64,000 nucleotides of DNA from Candidatus Vogelbacteria bacterium RIFOXYD1_FULL_44_32 (GTDB lineage Bacteria > Patescibacteriota > Minisyncoccia > Phycocordibacterales > XYD1-FULL-46-19): the NCBI GenBank assembly GCA_001823065.1, contig MHTJ01000003.1, forward strand, positions 106,869 to 170,868. Reading direction: 5' to 3'. Positions 35,650-45,470 of the stretch are shown in pieces (position 1 is the first letter of the stretch; each line of letters begins with the position of its first letter). Under the pieces are notes generated by a model. The model searched no databases, was not told the origin of the DNA, and was given only the letters and a program-made list of their open reading frames with translations. The translations under genes and the position numbers were made by a program.

Positions 35650-38600
35650 ATGAACTCTGACTTAACTTTTATAACAAATGAGGGGGGAAACAATCTAAAG
35701 GATAGATTTAGTAAGTTAATTAAAGATACTAGATTTTTTGATGTTTTAGTTGGTTATTTTTATACAAGTGGTTTTTACGCTATTTATCCTCAACTCGAAA
35801 AGACTGAAAAAATTAGAATCTTGATTGGTATCAGTACAAACAAGCAAACCTATAATCTTTTACAACAAGTTCAATCTCATAAAGTAGTTAGTGATACTGT
35901 CGGCGACAGTGTTAAAGCAGAAATGGAAGAGAGTGATAACAGTTATGAAGTTGAAAGTGGCGTGTACAAATTCCTAGAATGGATCAAAAGCGATAAGCTC
36001 GAGATTCGAGCTTATCCAGAGGAAAAAATACACTCAAAAATTTACATAATGACTTTCGAAGAAGATGATCGAGATATTGGGCGAGTTATTACTGGCTCGA
36101 GTAACTTTACTCAAAGTGGTCTTGTAGACAACCTCGAGTTTAACGTCGAGTTAAAGAATCCGTCTGATTATGACTACGCAAAGAATAAATTTGAAGAATT
36201 ATGGAATAAAGGTGTAGATGTAAGTGAAAGATACACAGAAACAATTGAAAAAGATACTTGGTTGCGTGAGGACATCACACCTTATGAGTTGTATTTAAAA
36301 TTCTTATACGAATATTTCAAAGAAGAAATTAATGAGGACAATGAAATTGAACATAGATACAGACCAGAAAATTTCAAAGAACTAAAGTATCAAGATCATG
36401 CTGTAATTAATGCCAAAAAAATTGTTGAGGAACACGGAGGAGTATTTTTGTCAGATGTGGTTGGTCTCGGAAAAACATACATGGGAACCATGTTGTGCCA
36501 GGAGCTCGGAGGGAGGACTTTGGTTTTGGCTCCTCCTCATCTTATTGATGAAAACAACGAAGGTAGTTGGGAAAATGCCTTTAAAAATTTTGGGTTTCGA
36601 TCCCGAGACTATAAGTGTATGTCTATTGGTGCACTGGATAAAATTATTGAAAAAGGGCTTCACTCTGAATTCGATACAGTGCTAATAGACGAGGCGCACA
36701 GGTTTCGGACTGAAGAAACTGAGACGTATGCTAAACTTGCTCAAATATGTCGAGGACGGAAAGTTATACTTGTAACCGCCACTCCATATAACAATTCACC
36801 TAGTGACTTACTCTCACAAATTAAACTGTTTCAGCGTGTAAAGAAAAGTACTATCCCAAATCTTGTTGATATAGAGAGTTTATTCAAAGTATTAGAAAAG
36901 AATCTTAAAGGTTTAGATCGTAAAAAAGACAAAGAACAGTATTTAGCTGTTACTCAATCAAATTCAAAAATAATTAGAGAAAGATTGTTGAAGTATCTGA
37001 TGGTCCGACGAACTAGAACAGAAATTGTCAAATATTACGGTGAGGATTTGAAAGAACAGAAGATGAAATTTCCTGAGGTTGCGGATCCAGCACCTGTTTT
37101 TTATGAGTTCAATGAAAAGGAAAATGAAATTTTCTTTCAGACAATAAAAATAGTTACAACTGAATTTAAGTATTCTCGATATACTCCGTTGCTTTACCAT
37201 AAGGGTTTGTCTAGTGTGGAGGAGCAACAACAGACAAACATGATGAAGTTTATGAAGATGCTGCTTGTGAAGAGACTAGAAAGCAGTTTTTATGCGTTTA
37301 ACATGTCAATTCACCGCTTTATCAGGTCATATGAAAAGTTTATCTCCGAATTTGAGTCTGGTAGTGTGTATATAAGTAAGAAACATACACAAAAAATATT
37401 TGACCATCTTGAAGCTGGTAATATCATGGCTGTCGATGAATTGGTCGAATCCGGGAAAGCAGAAAAGTTTTCAAAAGAAGAATTCAACGAAAGGTTTATC
37501 ATTGATTTGAAAAAAGATTTAGAAATACTTAAAAATATAAAACAACTATGGAGCGAGATTGATAGGGACCCGAAGATTTTGGCATTTAAGGAAAAGCTTG
37601 TATTAGAGAAGCCTGTAGTGGAAGGAAAATCAATTATTTTCACAGAGTCTAAAGAAACTGCGCAGTATTTATTAGAGAATCTGCAAGATGTCTTTCCAAA
37701 TAAAATTTTGTATTTTTCTGGCGCAAGTTCACGGGCTGAGCGTGAGATTGTGATGCAAAACTTTGATGCAAACACAAAGAATAAAAAGGATAACTACTCT
37801 ATTCTTATTACAACAGATGTGTTGTCTGAAGGTGCCAACTTACATCAAGCAAATGTTGTTATCAACTATGACATACCATGGAACCCGACCCGTATTATGC
37901 AAAGAGTCGGGCGTATTAATCGCGTTGACGCTAAGCACGAAAAAATATTTACCTATACTTTCTTTCCGACCGATCAATCTAATGAGCAAATTAAACTAAG
38001 AGAATTGGCGGAAGCAAAAATACAAGCATTTATAACTCTACTTGGTGCAGATGCAAAACTTCTTACAGAAAATGAAGTTCCAGAAGGACATAGCCTCTTT
38101 AGTCGCATCCTCTCAAAAGAATTAATCTCGGGCGAAGACGACGAAGTCGAGAGTGAACTTGGATATCTACAGGAAATTAGAAAAGTAAGAGATGAAGACC
38201 CAAGTTTATTTGAAAAAGTAAAAAGGCTACCTAAAAAAGCAAGAACCGCAAGGATAAATGTGGACAAAAACCCACGGCTCCTAACTTACTTTAGAAAAGG
38301 CAAGTTGCAGAAGTTCTTTATAGTCGAATCCGGCCAAGCTGCAGTTTCTACAGAATTAGATTTTACTGATGCTGCTAAAATGCTCTCTGCTAAACCAATT
38401 GAACGACGTGCATCTCTAAATGAAATATACTTCACCCTTCTTAAGTTAAATCTTGAAATGCTGAAGTCTGTGAATGAACTAGAGGAGGATGAATTTTCTG
38501 CAAGACGAGGGAGTAGAGATAACTCCGCTCGTCTATCCAAAATCCTTAAGGCAAAAGAAATAAAAAATTACAAAGGGTTTACAGAGGATGATGAGTTGTA

Positions 38601-38835
38601 TATCGGTCGAGTAATTGAAGAATTGGATTTTGGAGGTGTGCCCAAGAAAATTGCACAGAAAATTTATAAAAAAGTCGAAGACACACCAGAAATTATTGCA
38701 AACCCAATAAAGCTACTTGGGGTATTAAAAACTTTGCTTCCCAATGATTTCTTAAATCCAACCCTGCAAGAACAAGAATCAGGTACACTGATTAGAAGTG
38801 AAATAATTCTCTCAGAGTATTTTACTGGTAAATAA
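35650..38835 (+). CDS. PLD-family (HKD) nuclease domain fused to an SNF2/SWI2-family helicase (DrmC+DrmD-like)
   Basis: The N-terminus has IHSKIYIM...GSSNFT (HxK...GSxN). The central part has VVGLGKTY (Walker A), LIDEAHRFR (DEAH) and TATPYNNSPSDL. The C-terminal helicase lobe has QRVGRINR. Confidence 0.85.
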   Translation: MNSDLTFITNEGGNNLKDRFSKLIKDTRFFDVLVGYFYTSGFYAIYPQLEKTEKIRILIGISTNKQTYNLLQQVQSHKVVSDTVGDSVKAEMEESDNSYEVESGVYKFLEWIKSDKLEIRAYPEEKIHSKIYIMTFEEDDRDIGRVITGSSNFTQSGLVDNLEFNVELKNPSDYDYAKNKFEELWNKGVDVSERYTETIEKDTWLREDITPYELYLKFLYEYFKEEINEDNEIEHRYRPENFKELKYQDHAVINAKKIVEEHGGVFLSDVVGLGKTYMGTMLCQELGGRTLVLAPPHLIDENNEGSWENAFKNFGFRSRDYKCMSIGALDKIIEKGLHSEFDTVLIDEAHRFRTEETETYAKLAQICRGRKVILVTATPYNNSPSDLLSQIKLFQRVKKSTIPNLVDIESLFKVLEKNLKGLDRKKDKEQYLAVTQSNSKIIRERLLKYLMVRRTRTEIVKYYGEDLKEQKMKFPEVADPAPVFYEFNEKENEIFFQTIKIVTTEFKYSRYTPLLYHKGLSSVEEQQQTNMMKFMKMLLVKRLESSFYAFNMSIHRFIRSYEKFISEFESGSVYISKKHTQKIFDHLEAGNIMAVDELVESGKAEKFSKEEFNERFIIDLKKDLEILKNIKQLWSEIDRDPKILAFKEKLVLEKPVVEGKSIIFTESKETAQYLLENLQDVFPNKILYFSGASSRAEREIVMQNFDANTKNKKDNYSILITTDVLSEGANLHQANVVINYDIPWNPTRIMQRVGRINRVDAKHEKIFTYTFFPTDQSNEQIKLRELAEAKIQAFITLLGADAKLLTENEVPEGHSLFSRILSKELISGEDDEVESELGYLQEIRKVRDEDPSLFEKVKRLPKKARTARINVDKNPRLLTYFRKGKLQKFFIVESGQAAVSTELDFTDAAKMLSAKPIERRASLNEIYFTLLKLNLEMLKSVNELEEDEFSARRGSRDNSARLSKILKAKEIKNYKGFTEDDELYIGRVIEELDFGGVPKKIAQKIYKKVEDTPEIIANPIKLLGVLKTLLPNDFLNPTLQEQESGTLIRSEIILSEYFTGK

Positions 38836-38837
38836 TC

Positions 38838-41800
38838 ATGAATAAGACAGAAGCAACAACAATAATCAATAAAACATTTAGCTCAAGTTTTGATGAGGAT
38901 AGTTTTAATCTTTTTGTATCAAATCTTTTTAAGGAATATGAGCCAGTAGAAAAAAGACCTTTTATTAAAAATGCCTTCACTGCATATGTTTCTGAGTATA
39001 AGATAATTGGACACTATAAAGATAGTGAAGAAAAAGAAATCGATATATTAAAAGTTCATCTTAATCATGTTCTATCAATTGAACGAGCCAGAACTGCTCA
39101 GAGAAACTTTGTAGCGGACTATTTAAAAACGAATGGTAAAAACGCAGCTCTAGTAGCTTTTGTATCACCAAAATACGATGACTGGAGACTTTCGCTTGTG
39201 AGGCTAGAACATTCCCTGGAAGTCGTAGATGAGAAACTAAAAACTAAAGAAGAAATAACACCTGCTAAAAGATGGTCATTCTTGGTTGGAAAAAACGAAG
39301 GAAGCCATACTGCTCAAAGTAGATTTACAGATCTTTTGGTTCACAATGAAAGGCCCACATTGACTGAACTAGAGTTAGCTTTTGACATAGAGAAAGTCAC
39401 TAAAGAATTTTTTGATAAGTATACTGAGTTGTACTTTAAATTGAAGGAACATCTAGATGAAATATTGAAAAAGGATGAGAAGATAAAAAGTGATTTTGAA
39501 TCAAAGGAAATTTCAACGGTAGACTTTGCTAAAAAAACATTAGGTCAAATTGTTTTTCTTTATTTTCTTCAAAAAAAAGGGTGGTTTGGGGTAGCGGCAG
39601 ATAAAGAATGGGGGGAAGGACCTAAAAAGTTTATTAGATTATTGTTTGGCCGACGAGGCCTATATGGTAAAAACTTTTTTAATGATGTTCTTGAGCCCTT
39701 ATTTTATGAAGCTTTGGCTCAAGACAGAGGCAAGGAATCAATTTATCCACGACTGAATAATTGTCGGATGCCATTCCTCAACGGTGGATTATTTGAGCCT
39801 ATGAATGGTTATCAGTGGGAGACAACGGATGTTATTATTCCTGATGAGTTATTTTCAAATACACACAAAACAAAAGAGGGAGATATCGGAGACGGTATCT
39901 TAGATGTTTTTGATAGATACAATTTTACAGTAAACGAAAACGAACCATTAGAAAAAGAAGTGGCAGTTGATCCGGAAATGCTAGGAAAAGTTTTTGAAAA
40001 TCTTCTTGATATTAAAGATAGGAAAAGCAAAGGGGCTTTCTACACACCTCGAGAGATTGTACATTATATGTGTCAACAAAGCCTAATCAACTATCTTGAA
40101 ACAGAAACTAATGGAGAAGTTTTAAAAGAAGATATTGAAACTTTTATCAACAAAGGAGATTTTATTATTGAGAATGATAAAATTGCCCTAGAAAGAGAAA
40201 AAAACAGAAAAGCAAAGGGTGCAAAGTATGAAGATAAGACATATGCGTTACTCCTTCCTGAGTCAATAAGAGCGCAAGCAGATACGTTCGACAAATTGCT
40301 TAAAGAGGTAAAGGTAGCTGATCCCGCAGTTGGGTCTGGGGCTTTTCCACTGGGAATGATCAATGAGATTGTACGTGCAAGAAAAGTTTTAAATATCTAC
40401 AATTCATCTGAGATTTCTGATTATGATCTAAAACTACATACAATTTCAAATTCAATACATGGAGTTGATATTGATCCTGGAGCTGTTGAGATAGCTAAAC
40501 TTCGGCTGTGGCTTGCATTGGTTGTGGAAGAAAAAGAACCCCATCCACTCCCTAACCTTGAACATAAGATTATGCAGGGAAATAGTCTTATTTCTGAGTA
40601 CGAAGGAATTAAACTGTTTGATGAAAATATTATTGAAAAAAGAGATTCAGATGAGGTTATGCAAAACACTCTTGGCTTAGGAAAATCTGGTTCTGAGTTA
40701 AAAATGGAAGACCTGCAAAATAAAATAGAGCTGTATGTAAACGAGTCTCAGAGAAGTAAAAAACAAAAGCTAAAACAAGATATAGATAACCTGAAATGGG
40801 AGCTCATTGAAGTTACTCTTGAAGAACAAAAAAAAGTAGATAAGCTGGTTGAGATTAAAAAGTTCCGACGTAAAAACATTCGCCCATTTTTTATTTGGAG
40901 ATTAGAGTTTAGTGATGTCTTCAAAAAGAAGGGTGGTTTTGATGTGGTAATCGGTAATCCTCCTTATGGATTCAGAGATGTACTCACAAAAAAAGAGAAA
41001 GAGTATTTTAGAAAAGTTGAGAAAATTGAATTTCAAAGCGGAGACTCTGCAGAATTGTTTTGTAAAAAATCATTTGATACGCTGCTTAAGGATAATGGTA
41101 TTCTGTCCTTTATAATCCCTAAAAAATGTACCTATGGTGACTCTTGGGGTGGATGGAGAACCAATTACTTCAAAAAGTATGATCTACATTTTGTATTGGA
41201 TTCAGGGAAAGCGTTTGACAGAGTTCTGCTTGAGCAAACTGCATTTGGTTTGGCTAAAAAAATACAAAACGCGGAAGTCCAATTGTCTTTTTTAGATAGT
41301 AAAAAAGATAAGATTCATCATTTTTCCAAATCAACCAAAGACAGTATTTTCAAAGAAAATAATACTCTTCAGATATACTTGGAATATTTCCCGAGAAGTA
41401 TTTTTGAGAAAATACAGAGAAAATCAGAACCGAACCTTTTTGTTAGTGGTGATTTAGGACTTGGAATTGGTATTGATTTTTTTTCTGACGAAGAAACTCC
41501 TAATAAATTACTAAAAGGAATTGATATTGACCGTTGGAATATTAGAGGACATAGGTATCTAAAAAATAGAGAAAAATTGAATTGGAAAAAAGCTCAGGGG
41601 TTTTTGAGACCAAAAGTAATATGTCAGAGACTTGTTGCACACATTGAAAATCCTTCCCCGCATATAAGAATTAATGCATGTTTTGACTCCGAAGGAATTA
41701 TTATTACCAATACAATAACCGCATTTAAGTTAAATGAAATGATAGAGGAAAAATTTTGGTTAGCGTATTTAAATTCTTCCTTAGTTAATTGGTATACGTA

Positions 41801-42065
41801 TAACTTTATTTATGGGCGCGCTATTAGAGGTATGGATTTTTATAGTTTCTATATTGAGCAAATACCAATTCCCAATATTTCTCATGATCACCAAAGTAGG
41901 TTTGTAGAATTAGTGAATCAAATATTAGATATTACTAAAGATAATAATTATGATTCTAAAAATGTAACAGCGCAACAGAAATTTCTAGAAAAACAGATTG
42001 ACGAGATGGTTATGGATCTATATGAGTTAACTCAAGAAGAGAAAGAGATTGTCCATAAAACTTAA
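38838..42065 (+). CDS. large N6-adenine DNA methyltransferase, Eco57I/PglX/DrmMI-like (gamma-class)
   Basis: DPAVGSGAFPLG (motif I) and VVIGNPPYG (motif IV, NPPY). 1075 aa with a long N-terminal region and a C-terminal target-recognition region. It starts 3 bp after the helicase stop. Confidence 0.85.
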   Translation: MNKTEATTIINKTFSSSFDEDSFNLFVSNLFKEYEPVEKRPFIKNAFTAYVSEYKIIGHYKDSEEKEIDILKVHLNHVLSIERARTAQRNFVADYLKTNGKNAALVAFVSPKYDDWRLSLVRLEHSLEVVDEKLKTKEEITPAKRWSFLVGKNEGSHTAQSRFTDLLVHNERPTLTELELAFDIEKVTKEFFDKYTELYFKLKEHLDEILKKDEKIKSDFESKEISTVDFAKKTLGQIVFLYFLQKKGWFGVAADKEWGEGPKKFIRLLFGRRGLYGKNFFNDVLEPLFYEALAQDRGKESIYPRLNNCRMPFLNGGLFEPMNGYQWETTDVIIPDELFSNTHKTKEGDIGDGILDVFDRYNFTVNENEPLEKEVAVDPEMLGKVFENLLDIKDRKSKGAFYTPREIVHYMCQQSLINYLETETNGEVLKEDIETFINKGDFIIENDKIALEREKNRKAKGAKYEDKTYALLLPESIRAQADTFDKLLKEVKVADPAVGSGAFPLGMINEIVRARKVLNIYNSSEISDYDLKLHTISNSIHGVDIDPGAVEIAKLRLWLALVVEEKEPHPLPNLEHKIMQGNSLISEYEGIKLFDENIIEKRDSDEVMQNTLGLGKSGSELKMEDLQNKIELYVNESQRSKKQKLKQDIDNLKWELIEVTLEEQKKVDKLVEIKKFRRKNIRPFFIWRLEFSDVFKKKGGFDVVIGNPPYGFRDVLTKKEKEYFRKVEKIEFQSGDSAELFCKKSFDTLLKDNGILSFIIPKKCTYGDSWGGWRTNYFKKYDLHFVLDSGKAFDRVLLEQTAFGLAKKIQNAEVQLSFLDSKKDKIHHFSKSTKDSIFKENNTLQIYLEYFPRSIFEKIQRKSEPNLFVSGDLGLGIGIDFFSDEETPNKLLKGIDIDRWNIRGHRYLKNREKLNWKKAQGFLRPKVICQRLVAHIENPSPHIRINACFDSEGIIITNTITAFKLNEMIEEKFWLAYLNSSLVNWYTYNFIYGRAIRGMDFYSFYIEQIPIPNISHDHQSRFVELVNQILDITKDNNYDSKNVTAQQKFLEKQIDEMVMDLYELTQEEKEIVHKT

Positions 42066-42089
42066 TCCTGTTGATTGGTTATAATTCTC

Positions 42090-42998
42090 CTAGGCTTCTG
42101 AAAGTGGCAACTGGTAGTTTTGAAGTGCACTATGATGATCCAGAACTTTTTTGATGTAAAATTCGGTTTTTAGGCCCTCGAGGGTTTCAAATTGTTTTCG
42201 TATAATTTTTACGCGCAAAATGTCGTCTTTTGCAAAAGCCTCATTATTTGACTGTACCCGTCGTAAGAAATCACCATCTTGTACTTCAGCCCAAAAATTC
42301 GTATTTCCGTCAGAAAAGCGCCATTTATTGTTTTCTTGAAACACAGCACTAATGATTTGCAGACTGATTTCGTACTCTTGCTCGTCGATCAACTTTTCTT
42401 GCAGTTCTGGAGATATAAAATATCTAGATTCGTCTTTTGAAATAGTCTCAATCATTTCAGAATCAGAATTAAAACTAATTTCTTCGATCCCATCTCTTGC
42501 GAGTGGCTTATAAATAACAGCTTCAAGTGATCTGCGAATTTTTACGACAGGCAGTAATTTTGCGGTTTTATTATCTATCTCAAGGGTGTCATCGTCTTCA
42601 AGTTCGATTCGAATATTACCAGATGTGAGTTTTATAACATTGGTAATTTTCCTGTTTTTTAACCATTTAATCAACTTTACCAGTCCTGTGATGCCAGTGC
42701 CACCATAAACTAATACTTCTAATAAGTTTAATGCGCCGGCAACATCCTTGTTATTAAAAAGATCAAGAGCTTGTGTTGCAAAATCTTGAACCAGATTGAG
42801 GTCAACACCTAATGATCCGTCTTTAAATGCTCGTACGTTCAAGACAACCTTGGTCCGGCTTCCATTAAGGACGCGGTTTGCTTCTTCTACTGCTTCGCCA
42901 AGGGCGAACAGTGCAGGAGATAACTCTTTTACATCCATCTCGTGGTTTTGCAGTGCGAAGCCATCATATTTAAGTGTGAAGAATGTGCTTTTTTCCAT
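42090..42998 (-). CDS. hypothetical protein (302 aa), convergent with the MTase in the same AT-rich island
   Basis: ORF only. Low GC like the helicase and MTase. Confidence 0.5.
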   Translation of the reverse strand: MEKSTFFTLKYDGFALQNHEMDVKELSPALFALGEAVEEANRVLNGSRTKVVLNVRAFKDGSLGVDLNLVQDFATQALDLFNNKDVAGALNLLEVLVYGGTGITGLVKLIKWLKNRKITNVIKLTSGNIRIELEDDDTLEIDNKTAKLLPVVKIRRSLEAVIYKPLARDGIEEISFNSDSEMIETISKDESRYFISPELQEKLIDEQEYEISLQIISAVFQENNKWRFSDGNTNFWAEVQDGDFLRRVQSNNEAFAKDDILRVKIIRKQFETLEGLKTEFYIKKVLDHHSALQNYQLPLSEA

Positions 42999-43099
42999 AT
43001 CGTTAATTTAATTATAGTCAATAAATGCAATATGCGCACGAAGATTGTCCACTCGAACTTTTACAGGGCTACATAGGTCTGAGCTTGGTTTGAAATATG

Positions 43100-43230
43100 T
43101 TGATCGGTGGTCAATCTTCTATACTCAAAAAATGAAAAATATAGTCTTGTTTGGAGATAGTTTTCTGGGACAATTCCCATCTTTGTTTATACTAGCATTT
43201 TGCAAAACACTAGTATAAGAAAATTGGGGG
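43100..43230. repeat. direct repeat copy A (about 115 bp), paired with 44953..45185
   Basis: tatactcaaaaaatgaaaaatatagtcttgtttgg ... gggacaattcccatctttgtttatactagcattttgcaaaacactagtataagaaaat. Confidence 0.7.
43188..43217. promoter_or_regulatory. 30-bp palindrome tatactagcattttgcaaaacactagtata (candidate ArsR-family operator)
   Basis: 9-bp perfect inverted arms. A near-identical copy lies 28 bp upstream of the arsR-like start. Confidence 0.45.
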
Positions 43231-43422
43231 TTTTGATACCAAGGGGCGGGAAATGGGGAAATAGAGAATAGGGTCAGTAATGTTTTTTCACTTTTATGTT
43301 GGTAAAAAACAGCTAGTCGTTGGTTATTGTTATATTTTCTCAAATATGTTATAATTGTAGTTGGTTAAAAGCCCGATTCACGGGCTTTGTTTGGTCTATA
43401 CAAGGTAAAAGGAGTGAGAACT

Positions 43423-44823
43423 ATGAAGTTGGGATTGATGTTTATCGCAGTCGCTGGTGGTATTTCACTAGCGGCGTCGGCCGAAGGGCCGAGCTTACCA
43501 CACGCCCAGCCGGTAGAGGATTTGGGGGCCGTCTCTTGGGCGGTGTCTGACGCTATGAAAGCTCAAACGTCTGTCTCTGACACGAAAGCGGCCCCGGTCA
43601 CTTACACAGTGCCGGGCGACTTTCCGACGATTCAGACAGCGGTCGACGCGGCCGCCCCTGGCGATGTGATCGAGGTTACCGGTTCGCACTCGGGGCAGGT
43701 GCTCGTCACCAAGTCTATCAGCCTGATTGGTGTCGGGAGTGGGGCCACAATTGCCGCCACCGATGCCATGCCGGTGGCTTTGGTCCAAGGAACGACCAGT
43801 TTCCGACCAGTGGTTTTTGTCGGTAGCACGGGTGCGGTTGTAATCGAGAATATCGACATCGACGGCCTCGGGAAGGGTAACACCAACAACAGCTTCGTGG
43901 GTCTCTTGGTTCACGACTCGGAAGTGAGTGTGGCATCCTCAACGGTTACTGGTATTGTAAGTACGCCACTGGATGGCAGCCAGCACGGCGTTGGTATTCG
44001 TTCATCTGGAGCATCGGTTTTGCAGCTCCAAGACGTGAATATTAACAACTTCCAGAAAAACGGCACCGCCTTTACTCCGACGACACATGTCGTTTGGAAC
44101 GGTGGCACTGTTGCGGGCGCCGGTCCGACGGCGGTTACCGCTCAAAATGGGGTGCAGTTTGGCTCGGGGTCTGGTGGGGTGACCGGTAGTATCACCGGTG
44201 TGACGATCCGAAATATCGATTACACTGGTGCCGGTTGGACCGCTTCGGCCCTTCTGATCTACTACTCCGACGGGTTACAGGTTACCAATTGCGTCGTTGA
44301 AGACAGCCAGGCCGGGTTGTACACCTATGAGGCGGAGAACCTTGTCTTTACCGACAATATTTTCGACCAAAACCAGTTCAACCTGGTCTACGGCGGGAGT
44401 GCTACCTTTATCGGCAACACCTTCTCCAACAGCGATGACGCTGGTGGGTATGGCATAGGGCTCTGGCTCTATGATGTACTGGGTGCGACGGGCACCGGCA
44501 ACACTTTCGAAAACAACCCGTATGGGTTGTACGTCGCCGGCACGAGCACTGGTGTTAATTTCCCGGATTCGCGTTTTGTCTACAACGTCGAAAGTTGTGT
44601 GAACGAGACCACGGAGACGGTGAATATTACTCACTCCTGGTGGGGCGACCCAGCCGGACCGGGGACATGCCCGGTTGGCTTCGACTGTTCGGACTGGCAG
44701 ACCCATGATGGGCCACTGCCGGTACCGGCCACCAGTACTTTTGGCCTTCTAGGTCTGGTGCTAGCCCTAGTCGCCGGTGGGCTATTTTACATTAGCCGGA
44801 CCGTCGGCAAGTCCTACCTCTGA
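43423..44823 (+). CDS. secreted right-handed beta-helix (pectate-lyase-fold) repeat protein with a C-terminal hydrophobic anchor, GC-rich
   Basis: Signal peptide MKLGLMFIAVAGGISLAASA, Gly/Thr/Asn-rich beta-helix-like repeats (NxxGxxxxxS) and a C-terminal LLGLVLALVAGGLFY. The start is taken at MKLGL, preceded by aaaggag. Confidence 0.65.
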   Translation: MKLGLMFIAVAGGISLAASAEGPSLPHAQPVEDLGAVSWAVSDAMKAQTSVSDTKAAPVTYTVPGDFPTIQTAVDAAAPGDVIEVTGSHSGQVLVTKSISLIGVGSGATIAATDAMPVALVQGTTSFRPVVFVGSTGAVVIENIDIDGLGKGNTNNSFVGLLVHDSEVSVASSTVTGIVSTPLDGSQHGVGIRSSGASVLQLQDVNINNFQKNGTAFTPTTHVVWNGGTVAGAGPTAVTAQNGVQFGSGSGGVTGSITGVTIRNIDYTGAGWTASALLIYYSDGLQVTNCVVEDSQAGLYTYEAENLVFTDNIFDQNQFNLVYGGSATFIGNTFSNSDDAGGYGIGLWLYDVLGATGTGNTFENNPYGLYVAGTSTGVNFPDSRFVYNVESCVNETTETVNITHSWWGDPAGPGTCPVGFDCSDWQTHDGPLPVPATSTFGLLGLVLALVAGGLFYISRTVGKSYL

Positions 44824-44850
44824 CCTGAAATTGAAATGTGTGAATCCTGG

Positions 44851-44882
44851 CCTGGGAGCGCTTTCGCTCCCAGGCTATTTTT
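44851..44882 (+). terminator. rho-independent terminator
   Basis: cctgggagcg-ctttc-gctcccagg followed by ctattttt. Confidence 0.65.
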
Positions 44883-44952
44883 ATAAAATAATTATTTTGA
44901 TAAGCCTAGAAACAGTGTCAGGCACCTTTATTTAACCCCGCGGGGAATTTAT

Positions 44953-45185
44953 TTTGCTATACTCAAAAAATGAAAAATATAGTTTTGTTTGGGCTAAAAC
45001 ATTCGTAGCCGAATGTTCGCCCCTTAGTTTGCTTTTGCAAACCGGGCGAGCGTATGAAAACGCGCTATAGCCGAACACCCCCTAAAAGAAGGGGTGTTGT
45101 AGGGACCTATAATTTCCTGGGACAATTTCCATCTTTGTTTATACTAGTGTTTTGCAAAAGACTAGTATAAGAAAATCAGGAGTGA
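44953..45185. repeat. direct repeat copy B, interrupted by a 118-bp hairpin-rich insert (45000..45118)
   Basis: Both arms match copy A. The insert contains aacattcg/cgaatgtt and aacacccc/ggggtgtt inverted repeats. Confidence 0.65.
45140..45169. promoter_or_regulatory. 30-bp palindrome tatactagtgttttgcaaaagactagtata immediately upstream of the arsR-like gene (candidate autoregulatory operator)
   Basis: Read directly from the sequence. Confidence 0.5.
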
Positions 45186-45197
45186 TATAATTTATTT

Positions 45198-45470
45198 ATG
45201 GCACTAGACTACCGAAAGATTGAGAGACTAATAAAAGGAGTTGCTAATCATAACCGGTTGAAGATTTTGGAATTGCTCCAAAAAGAGCCAGAACTCTCAG
45301 TTGCAGACATAAGTGAGCGGCTCAAAATAGGGTATGAGAATGCTTCCGACCATATTCGTAAGATGGCTATAGCCGGACTTCTGATGAAACGTAATGACGG
45401 TCCAAACGTCCGCCACAAACTGACACCCCGTGCCCTCTCTATACTAGTGTTTTGCAAAAGACTGCAATAA
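45198..45470 (+). CDS. ArsR/SmtB-family HTH transcriptional regulator
   Basis: ANHNRLKILELL...LSVADISERL winged HTH. 90 aa. The last 11 codons are a partial copy of the palindromic repeat. Confidence 0.8.
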   Translation: MALDYRKIERLIKGVANHNRLKILELLQKEPELSVADISERLKIGYENASDHIRKMAIAGLLMKRNDGPNVRHKLTPRALSILVFCKRLQ

